Assembly: GCA_016926475.1 (NCBI GenBank) | Contig: JAFGON010000021.1 | Location: forward strand, 9,626 to 73,625 | DNA length: 64,000 nucleotides | Direction of reading: 5' to 3' | Source: a candidate division WOR-3 bacterium | GTDB taxonomy: Bacteria > SDB-A | In this document: piece by piece, positions 56,705 through 64,000 of the stretch | Numbering within the stretch: the stretch's first letter is position 1 | How the letters are laid out: each line of letters begins with the position of its first letter | Position numbers and translations under genes: made by a program | Notes under the pieces: generated by a model | The model's input: the letters and a program-made list of their open reading frames with translations, nothing else | Told to the model about the DNA's origin: nothing | Database searches by the model: none

Positions 56705-57549
56705 TCGCAAAAAACGCAGGTTTTTGTTTTGGAGTCAAAAGAGCCGTAAAAATGGCGGAAGAAGTTCTCGATTCTTCCCAATCGACAGAAAAGGTCTACA
56801 TCCTGGGTGAAATCATTCACAATCCGCAGACTGTCAAAATGCTCGAAGAAATGGGAGCCGTGACAATAGACGAGAGCGACCTGGAAAAGGTCCAGCCGGG
56901 AAAACTCATCTTGAGAAGCCATGGAGTCCCACTCGAGGTCATTGAAAAGGCCAAAAAACTTAAATTCAGCATTGTTGACACGACATGTCCTTTTGTCAAA
57001 AAAGCCCAAATCATAGCAGACCAAAATTCAAAAAAGGAAAACCAACTTATTATTATAGGAAAAAAAGAACACCCGGAAGTGAAAGCTTTGCTCTCTCACA
57101 GTCTGTATAACGCTTTTGTTATAGGCTCGATAGAAGAAGTCAAAAAATTGGACTTAAACCCCGACTTAAAAACCGTCATAATAGTCCAGACTACATTCTC
57201 AGAAAATAAATTCAAGAAAATTGTGGGTGAAATTATCTTGCTTTTCAAAGAAGTTTTGGTCTATAATACGATTTGCAACGCGACTTACATCAGAAGAACC
57301 GAATCTTTGAGTGTAGCTGAAAAGACCGATGTAAATATAGTCGTCGGCGGAAAAAACAGCTCCAACACAAGAGAGTTGACAAACTTTTTAGTCGAAAAGG
57401 GCTATAAGGCTTTTCAAATAGAAAGCCCTGATGAAATCAGGGACGATTTTTTTGATGGATCGGAATGCATCGGAATTACTGGAGGAGCATCCACTCCTCT
57501 TTCAGTGATCGAGGAAGTAAAAAAGTTGATCGAAGATATCCGCGTTTAA
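56692..57549 (+). CDS. ispH: 4-hydroxy-3-methylbut-2-enyl diphosphate reductase
   Basis: MRVIVAKNAGFCFGVKRAV N-terminus; conserved Cys positions. Confidence 0.85.
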   Translation: MRVIVAKNAGFCFGVKRAVKMAEEVLDSSQSTEKVYILGEIIHNPQTVKMLEEMGAVTIDESDLEKVQPGKLILRSHGVPLEVIEKAKKLKFSIVDTTCPFVKKAQIIADQNSKKENQLIIIGKKEHPEVKALLSHSLYNAFVIGSIEEVKKLDLNPDLKTVIIVQTTFSENKFKKIVGEIILLFKEVLVYNTICNATYIRRTESLSVAEKTDVNIVVGGKNSSNTRELTNFLVEKGYKAFQIESPDEIRDDFFDGSECIGITGGASTPLSVIEEVKKLIEDIRV

Positions 57550-57602
57550 GAGCGGGTTTCGATATATAGTGCAGGCAAAGGTTTTGAACAATCTAACGTT
57601 AT

Positions 57603-59261
57603 TTGTGCGGAGGAATATTGGAAAATCAGAATGTAGTGGAAGGTGAAAAAAACTTTGAAATCTGGGATATAACCGACGATGAGCTGTCCGTTTTAATTGA
57701 CAAGTATTCCCCATCTCTCGAAGAGGGGAAAATCGTCAAAGGCACGGTTGTCAGAATTGGACCGAAAGACATCGTCCTCGATATTTGTCAAAAAAGTGAA
57801 GGGGTGCTTTCAGCATCCGAGTTCCCTGAAGATTACTCGCTCAAAGTTGGCGATGTTATAGATGTTTTTCTCGATGAACTCGAAGGTGAAGAAGGATTCG
57901 CCGTAGTCTCCAAACAAAAAGCCGATTTCATCAAAGTATGGGATGACATCAAAGCGGCTTTCGACAACAGGTCTTCCGTGGAAGGCACAATTACAAAAAG
58001 GGTTAAAGGCGGCATGATAGTATCCGTGTTCGGGGTTGAAGCTTTTCTACCTGGAAGCCAGATAGACTTGAGGCCTTGCAAAGACATGGATCAGCTGCTT
58101 GGTAAAAAATTCCAGTTCAGGATCATAAAGCTAAACTGGAAAAGAAGAAACATAGTCGTCTCGAGAAGACAGATACTTGAAGAGGACAGAGAACAGAAAA
58201 AGAACCAACTTTTCAACGATCTCGACGTGAATTCAGTTCTCGAAGGAAAAGTCAAAAACATCACTCCATTCGGAGCTTTCATCGACCTCGGCGGAATCGA
58301 CGGGCTTCTTCACATCACTGATATATCCTGGGGAAGGATTCAGCACCCCAGCGAAGTTCTCTCTATCGGAGACTCGGTTCAAGTCATGGTCATAGGCATA
58401 GAAAAAGACAAAAACAGAGTGTCCCTCGGCATGAAACAGCTCGTACCCGATCCGTGGAAGAACATTACGGAAAAATACCCCGAAGGCACAAAAGTCCAGG
58501 GAAGAGTTGTTTCCATGACTGATTACGGCGCTTTTGTAGAAATAGAAAAAGGTGTTGAAGGCCTTATTCACATATCAGAAATGTCTTGGACAAAGCATAT
58601 CAAAAAACCATCCGACATACTCGAGGTGGATCAGACCATCGAGGCGGTTGTACTCAACATAGATCCGGAAAAACAAAGAATTTCTCTCGGTCTAAAACAA
58701 GTAAACCCCGACCCCTGGGAGACAATCGAAAACAAGTACCCCGTCGGTTCCATCGTTGAAGGTAAAATCCGGACCATAACTAATTTTGGCGCGTTCATTC
58801 AGCTTGAAGAAGGAATAGACGGATTGATTCATGTCTCGGACATGTCATGGGTTGAGAGAATTGAAACCCCTCGTCAAATACTTAAAGAAGGAAAAAACGT
58901 CCAGTGTAAAGTCCTAAAAATAGACAAGGAATCCAAGAAAATTTCCCTGGGGATAAAACAGTTGGAAGAAGATCCTGTTCAGAAATTCATATCTTCCCAT
59001 CAGCCCGGCGATCAAATCACCGGAACAATTGTCGAACTTAAAGACAGAGGTATCGTAGTCAAGATCGAAAACAACGCCAGAGGTTTTGTGCCTTTCTCTC
59101 ATCTTCTAAGCGACAACATAAAAAAACCTTCTGATATGTACAAAATCGGAGATAGTTTAGAATTGAAGATAATTGAGATGTCATCAGACGGACGCAGAAT
59201 TCTTCTGTCGGAAAAAGAAGCGAATCCAAATTACGAAGAGAGCAAGGACGCGGATTCCTGA
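57603..59261 (+). CDS. rpsA: 30S ribosomal protein S1 (multiple S1 domains)
   Basis: Repeated S1 motifs (GxV...GAFV.....G.GL.H.S); true start may lie slightly downstream of the listed ATG. Confidence 0.85.
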   Translation: MCGGILENQNVVEGEKNFEIWDITDDELSVLIDKYSPSLEEGKIVKGTVVRIGPKDIVLDICQKSEGVLSASEFPEDYSLKVGDVIDVFLDELEGEEGFAVVSKQKADFIKVWDDIKAAFDNRSSVEGTITKRVKGGMIVSVFGVEAFLPGSQIDLRPCKDMDQLLGKKFQFRIIKLNWKRRNIVVSRRQILEEDREQKKNQLFNDLDVNSVLEGKVKNITPFGAFIDLGGIDGLLHITDISWGRIQHPSEVLSIGDSVQVMVIGIEKDKNRVSLGMKQLVPDPWKNITEKYPEGTKVQGRVVSMTDYGAFVEIEKGVEGLIHISEMSWTKHIKKPSDILEVDQTIEAVVLNIDPEKQRISLGLKQVNPDPWETIENKYPVGSIVEGKIRTITNFGAFIQLEEGIDGLIHVSDMSWVERIETPRQILKEGKNVQCKVLKIDKESKKISLGIKQLEEDPVQKFISSHQPGDQITGTIVELKDRGIVVKIENNARGFVPFSHLLSDNIKKPSDMYKIGDSLELKIIEMSSDGRRILLSEKEANPNYEESKDADS

Positions 59262-59282
59262 TGTTTTAGGGATAGGACAATA

Positions 59283-60035
59283 ATGATCCTCGGCGTCATA
59301 CCTGTGAGGATTGGTTCAAAAAGGCTTCCCTTCAAACCTCTTCTGAACCTCGGTGGGAAGCCTCTTTTCTTTTGGGCTGTCGAGAAAGCGCTTGAATGCA
59401 AAAAGCTCGACGAAGTTTTAGTGGCCACTGATTCAAAAGAAATAGCCGAAAAAACGACAGCTCTGAAAAGAGTAAAATGCGTTTTGACTCCTGATTTACC
59501 GAGCGGGTCTGACAGAGCGGCTTGGGTCAGCAGAAAAAGAGAAGACGTCGAAATAGTCGCGAACATCCAGGGGGACGAGCCTTTTATCTGCCCGGAAGAC
59601 ATCGACAGAACTATAGACTCTCTTTTAAAAGACCCCCTAGCAGACATGGCGACTCTTTACACTAAATTCGACGAAGACGATGACCCTTCTTCCCCCGACA
59701 AGGTGAAAATTGTATCGGACAGAAGGGGTTACGCCCTGTATTTTTCTAGGGCTAAAATCCCTTATCCAAGAGACGGCATGCGCTTCGCTTTTCTCAAACA
59801 TTTGGGGCTTTATGTCTTCAGAATGCAATTCCTTATAAACTTCACCGAAAACCCTACAAGCACCCTTGAAAAGGTGGAAATGCTCGAACAGCTGAGGGCT
59901 TTGGAAATGGGCGCAAAAATAAAACTAATAGAGGCAAAAAAACCTTCTTATGGAATTGACACAGAAGAAGATTACAAAAAAGCCCAAACAATTGTGAAGG
60001 GAGAGTCTCACAGATGGCACAAAAATACGTCGTAG
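59283..60035 (+). CDS. kdsB: 3-deoxy-manno-octulosonate cytidylyltransferase (CMP-Kdo synthetase)
   Basis: IPVRIGSKRLPFKPL...NIQGDEPF motifs. Confidence 0.85.
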   Translation: MILGVIPVRIGSKRLPFKPLLNLGGKPLFFWAVEKALECKKLDEVLVATDSKEIAEKTTALKRVKCVLTPDLPSGSDRAAWVSRKREDVEIVANIQGDEPFICPEDIDRTIDSLLKDPLADMATLYTKFDEDDDPSSPDKVKIVSDRRGYALYFSRAKIPYPRDGMRFAFLKHLGLYVFRMQFLINFTENPTSTLEKVEMLEQLRALEMGAKIKLIEAKKPSYGIDTEEDYKKAQTIVKGESHRWHKNTS

Positions 60036-61762
60036 TCGTCGGCGGTGTTATAAGCGGAGTCGGCAAGGGAATAGCTTCCGCTTCCATAGCTAAGATACTC
60101 GTTGAATACGGTTATAAAACAACAGCTATAAAAATCGATCCATACATCAATTTCGACGCCGGGACTTTAAGACCCACCGAGCACGGCGAAGTTTGGGTGA
60201 CAGACGACGGTGGAGAAATCGACCAGGATCTCGGTAACTACGAAAGGTTTATCGGAGAACAGATCCCCAAAAAGAATAATATAACAACAGGGCAAGTTTA
60301 CTGGGCGGTGATCGAAAAGGAAAGAAACGGAAAATTTTTGGGAGAAACAGTTCAATTCATCCCTCACATACCAGACGAAATAATACAAAGAATAGAAGAA
60401 TCTTCCGCAGAACACGAAATAGCGGTAATTGAGATAGGCGGCACTATTGGCGACTACGAAAACATCCCCTTTCTTTTCGCACTAAAAAGCCTCGAGAAAA
60501 AATTAGGACAGGGAAGTTTTTCCTATGTTCTTCTCACCTACCTTCCAATACCTGGAAACATAGGAGAGATGAAGACCAAACCGACACAGCAGGCAATTAA
60601 ACTATTGTCTCAGCACGGAATATTCCCTGACATAATTCTCTGCCGTGCGAAAACTGAAATTGACCAGATAAGAAAAAAGAAAATTGAAATCTACGCTAAC
60701 ATCCCCGCGGAAATGGTGATTTCCGCTCCCGACGTCTCCTCTGTTTACTCTGTTCCCCTGAATTTCGAAAGAGAAAGCCTCGGAAAAAAAATTCTCATGA
60801 CCCTCGATTTAAAACCGAAAAAAGAGGGGGACTGGTCGCAGTGGCAAAAACTCGTAACCCATATAATGAACCCATCCAAAGAGATTTCCATAGGAATGAT
60901 TGGAAAATATATCGAAACCGGCAATTATCAACTCGAAGACGCCTACATATCGGTCAAGCATGCGCTTGAACACGCGGGAGCCAATTCCGACTGCAGGGTT
61001 AAAATCTTGTGGATCAGCGCTTCACACGTGCAAACAGAGTCTGAAATAGCACAGTCCCTTGAAGATCTCGACGGAATAATCGTGCCTGGGGGATTCGGCA
61101 GACACGGAATTGAAGGTAAAATTAAGGCCATAAAAATAGCGAGAGAACTGAGAATCCCTTACCTTGGGCTTTGCCTGGGAATGCAGCTCGCTTTGGTTGA
61201 AATAGCGCGTAATATACTCGGGCTCGAAGGGGCTGATTCAACGGAAAACGAACCTCATACTCCGCACCCGGTCGTCACGCTTCTGCCTTCTCAGCAGGAA
61301 GCTATGCTGCATTCGAGATACGGAGCGAGCATGCGTCTCGGCGCGTATCTTGCAAACATCATAAACGGGACTAAAATATCCTCTCTTTACATTCGTTCAG
61401 ACAGAGTCCAGAGAGACGCTCGCGTCATAGAATCATTCACCTCTGGCAAAGAAAAGTTCAGATTGGGCGTCAAACCAAAGAATGGGGACTTCATCGAAGT
61501 CATAGAAAGACACAGACACAGGTACGAGATAAATCCGGCTTACATCAGGCGTTTTGAAGAGGCAGGTGTTGTTTTCTCGGGATTCCACATAAGACATGAC
61601 AAAGAGGAACCTTTGATGGAGTTTATAGAATTACAGGATCATCCATTTTTTATAGCCACACAGGCGCACCCGGAATTCAAGTCAAGCCTTGTGGACCCTT
61701 CCCCTTTATTCACCGGTTTTATCAGATCCTGCCTGGAAAAACACTACGGAAAACCAGATTGA
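60014..61762 (+). CDS. pyrG: CTP synthase
   Basis: KYVVVVGGVISGVGKGI N-terminus, glutamine amidotransferase GLCLGMQ. Confidence 0.95.
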   Translation: MAQKYVVVVGGVISGVGKGIASASIAKILVEYGYKTTAIKIDPYINFDAGTLRPTEHGEVWVTDDGGEIDQDLGNYERFIGEQIPKKNNITTGQVYWAVIEKERNGKFLGETVQFIPHIPDEIIQRIEESSAEHEIAVIEIGGTIGDYENIPFLFALKSLEKKLGQGSFSYVLLTYLPIPGNIGEMKTKPTQQAIKLLSQHGIFPDIILCRAKTEIDQIRKKKIEIYANIPAEMVISAPDVSSVYSVPLNFERESLGKKILMTLDLKPKKEGDWSQWQKLVTHIMNPSKEISIGMIGKYIETGNYQLEDAYISVKHALEHAGANSDCRVKILWISASHVQTESEIAQSLEDLDGIIVPGGFGRHGIEGKIKAIKIARELRIPYLGLCLGMQLALVEIARNILGLEGADSTENEPHTPHPVVTLLPSQQEAMLHSRYGASMRLGAYLANIINGTKISSLYIRSDRVQRDARVIESFTSGKEKFRLGVKPKNGDFIEVIERHRHRYEINPAYIRRFEEAGVVFSGFHIRHDKEEPLMEFIELQDHPFFIATQAHPEFKSSLVDPSPLFTGFIRSCLEKHYGKPD

Positions 61763-62400
61763 AATCAAGTTTTTCATCACCCGCGAAGATCTTTTTTGTC
61801 CCCTTCGCTTCGATTTTTTTGCTCGTTTCATCCGATCCCCTTTACTCGGCACTCGTCTTCTGCGTATCTTCTCTTCTGCTTGTCAGCATGGACAGACCTG
61901 AAAAGAGTGTCTTGTCCCTTTTAGGAGCCTTTTTATCTATTCTCGTCAAAAACATTTTTCCCGACGCGGTCATCAACTGCTTCAAGACGATATCAGTGAT
62001 TTTTTTGCCTTTTTTATGGGCAAAAGAGATTTCGGCGGATGATCTTCTGTCTTTGCCCCTGGTGGGCAAAACTGCGTTTGCAAAAAGTCTATACATGATA
62101 TCTGAAATATCATCAAGCTTCATACCGTATATGCGATCCGAACTGGCACAGACAGTTTTCATTTTAAAAACATTCAAGCTTCCGAAAAATAGCATTTTTG
62201 TGAAAGTCCCTTCTTTGGTGGCTTGGAGCGTGATGAAAATTGAAAGACGAAAAATAAACCTCTATCTTTCCCTTAAATCAAGAGGTTTCAGAGACACCGA
62301 TGATTTGGTTTTTTTGGGAAAACCGGTATTCTTCTCGCGAAAAGACATTTTGCCTTACTCAGCCCTAACCCTTCTTCTGCTTGTAAGGTTTATAACTTGA
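61759..62400 (+). CDS. Hypothetical membrane protein, possibly EcfT/CbiQ-family transmembrane component
   Basis: 5 predicted TM helices, C-terminal LKSRGFRDTDD resembles the EcfT Ala-Arg-Gly coupling motif; sits immediately upstream of truA, as ecfT does in Firmicutes. Confidence 0.35.
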   Translation: MKSSFSSPAKIFFVPFASIFLLVSSDPLYSALVFCVSSLLLVSMDRPEKSVLSLLGAFLSILVKNIFPDAVINCFKTISVIFLPFLWAKEISADDLLSLPLVGKTAFAKSLYMISEISSSFIPYMRSELAQTVFILKTFKLPKNSIFVKVPSLVAWSVMKIERRKINLYLSLKSRGFRDTDDLVFLGKPVFFSRKDILPYSALTLLLLVRFIT

Positions 62401-63185
62401 GAAGAATAAAATTTGAAGTCTCCTACGATGGGAGACAATTCAGCGGGTGGCAAATTCAAAAAGCCAAAAGAACCGCCCAGGAAGAGCTTGAAAAAGCGAT
62501 TTTCTCGGTCACCAAAAACATTTCAAAAGTCACGGGAGCCGGTAGGACAGACGCCGGGGTTCATGCGATAGGACAGACAGCTCATTGTGACATTCAATGT
62601 GACATACAGGACTTAGACCTTCTCAGGGCTGTAAATTCGAATTTACCCTGTGATTTGAAGGTAAAAAATCTCTTGACGGTCGAACCTGATTTTCATTCGA
62701 CCAAAGACGCAGGGGAAAGACAATACGTTTACAGGATTGAGTACACTTCGGGCAATCCCTTCACCAGAGGATTCGCGTGGCAGTTGAGAAAGCGGCTCTC
62801 CGTTGAAAAGATGGCTAAAACCGCATTGTTGTTGAAAGGTAAACACGATTTTTCAGCTTTTTGCATAAAAAAAAGCCTAAAACAGAACAACGAAGTAGAT
62901 CTCAGAGCTGTTGAAATAGTCAGTTTACAAAATGGACTACTGCTTTTTTTCGCGGCTGACCGTTATCTTCACAAATTGATAAGGTCCATCGTAGGAATGC
63001 TCTACGACGTAGGAAGGGGTAAAGCGGACCCGGAAACGGCTGAAGTGGCGCTTTTACGGAAAAACAGAATATACGGCGGCTTCACGGCTCCAGCCCAAGG
63101 GCTTTACCTCTACAGAGTTCTTTACTCAGGGGAAAACGCAAATTTTTCAAAAGAAGAATTTTTCAGCAACTTCACCGGGACATGA
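62397..63185 (+). CDS. truA: tRNA pseudouridine(38-40) synthase
   Basis: GAGRTDAGVHAIGQ catalytic Asp motif. Confidence 0.9.
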   Translation: MRRIKFEVSYDGRQFSGWQIQKAKRTAQEELEKAIFSVTKNISKVTGAGRTDAGVHAIGQTAHCDIQCDIQDLDLLRAVNSNLPCDLKVKNLLTVEPDFHSTKDAGERQYVYRIEYTSGNPFTRGFAWQLRKRLSVEKMAKTALLLKGKHDFSAFCIKKSLKQNNEVDLRAVEIVSLQNGLLLFFAADRYLHKLIRSIVGMLYDVGRGKADPETAEVALLRKNRIYGGFTAPAQGLYLYRVLYSGENANFSKEEFFSNFTGT

Positions 63186-63195
63186 GGGAGGATTT

Positions 63196-64000
63196 ATGGG
63201 CACCCTGGAAAGATACACGTTGCCAGAAATGAAGGAACTTTGGTCCGACGAAAACAGGTTTCGGACTTGGCTAAAAGTCGAGCTCGCCCAGTGCAGAGCG
63301 AGAATGGAATTAGACCAAATTCCTAAAGCAGAGTTCGGGGAAATCGAGAAAAAAGCGGATTTCGACCTGGAGAGAATCCGTGAAATAGAAGAAGAAGTCG
63401 AGCATGACGTCATAGCTTTTCTCAGTTCTGTAGCCGAGAAGGTAGGTGAACCTTCAAGGCATATCCATTACGGTATGACTTCATCTGACGTGCTCGACAC
63501 ATCTCTCGCCTTGCTCCTTTCAGAAGCCGGAGAGATGATTCAAAATGAGCTCAAATCGTTGATTCAAAAGACAAAAACCATGGCGCTGAAGACAAAGCAC
63601 TTTGTAATGATGGGAAGGACACACGGCGTCCACGCGGAACCCATAACCCTCGGTCTGAAACTGCTCTCTCTCAGAGAAAATTTCAAACGTTCACTCTCCC
63701 TGTTGAAGAACGCGACTGAAAACATTAAGTATGGAAAGATTTCGGGTCCGGTGGGGGCTTATGGGAACATCGACCCTTACGTCGAAAAAAGAACACTCGA
63801 AATTCTCGGGCTTAAAACCGAACCTGTTTCTACTCAAATCATACCGAGGGACAGACACATGCTATTCGTTATGGCTCTTGCGCACACAGCCTCAGGGATT
63901 GAAAGAGCGGCTCTACAGATAAGGCTGCTTCAGAGAACGGAGACAGGCGAAATATCAGAGCCGTTTTCATCTCGTCAAAAGGGGTCTTCCGCGATGCCTC
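63196..64000 (+). CDS. purB: Adenylosuccinate lyase (5' part; continues beyond the window)
   Basis: MGTLERYTLPEMKELWSDENRF...HYGMTSSDVLDT; GAGGA Shine-Dalgarno before the ATG at 63196; no stop codon in the window. Confidence 0.85.
   Translation, partial: MGTLERYTLPEMKELWSDENRFRTWLKVELAQCRARMELDQIPKAEFGEIEKKADFDLERIREIEEEVEHDVIAFLSSVAEKVGEPSRHIHYGMTSSDVLDTSLALLLSEAGEMIQNELKSLIQKTKTMALKTKHFVMMGRTHGVHAEPITLGLKLLSLRENFKRSLSLLKNATENIKYGKISGPVGAYGNIDPYVEKRTLEILGLKTEPVSTQIIPRDRHMLFVMALAHTASGIERAALQIRLLQRTETGEISEPFSSRQKGSSAMP

Noticed and set aside
1-64000. Search for CRISPR arrays, IS elements or integrases, prophage or defence islands, and long direct or inverted repeats
   Set aside because: No repeat-spacer periodicity, transposase or integrase motifs, or phage structural genes were seen. 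Gene content is core housekeeping with conserved syntenies (cmk-rpsA, kdsB-pyrG, truA-purB), so an accessory or defence-island interpretation is not supported.

Overview
This looks like a 64-kb chromosomal stretch (about 44-46% GC) from an anaerobic diderm bacterium, probably an uncultivated lineage. The basis for that is as follows: the lipopolysaccharide genes lptD and kdsB, outer-membrane-type proteins ending in Phe, both oxygen-sensitive class III and B12-dependent class II ribonucleotide reductases, a butyrate kinase, and many sigma-54 enhancer-binding regulators. Gene density is very high, most genes are on the minus strand, and many neighbours overlap by 1 to 26 nt.

No transposase, integrase, CRISPR array or long repeat is visible, so this is core rather than accessory genome.

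Recognisable content, left to right:
- Two tandem PilB/GspE-family secretion ATPases with comEA, maf and hup.
- A sensor kinase plus sigma-54 regulator that overlaps lptD.
- purD and lepA.
- An MltD-like lytic transglycosylase and a lipoprotein.
- A TIGR00661-like glycosyltransferase and a polytopic sensor-like membrane protein.
- An nrdR-nrdD-nrdG-nrdJ operon.
- buk, a small outer-membrane protein, and dnaE at the 3' end of a long polycistron. Upstream in that polycistron are four uncharacterised membrane proteins, a DUF502 protein and a CBS/CorC protein.
- A three-regulator cluster: a PAS sensor kinase, a sigma-54 regulator, and a REC-DUF4388-roadblock response regulator.
- A 1048-aa predicted outer-membrane beta-barrel overlapping ndk.
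- A tRNA-Gly/Cys/Leu operon with an M20 amidohydrolase 12 nt downstream.
- A topA operon that also carries a GH13 enzyme and a protein with a histone-H1-like tail.
- An SPFH protein and a histidine ammonia-lyase with an unusual Ala-Cys-Gly active-site tripeptide.
- cmk-plsC-ispH-rpsA, then kdsB-pyrG, an orphan EcfT-like gene, truA, and the start of purB.

The best candidates for undescribed biology are the dnaE-linked membrane-protein polycistron, the Myxococcus-like regulatory cluster next to the giant outer-membrane protein, and the tRNA-to-mRNA co-transcript. All identifications rest on motifs read by eye; no database search was possible.
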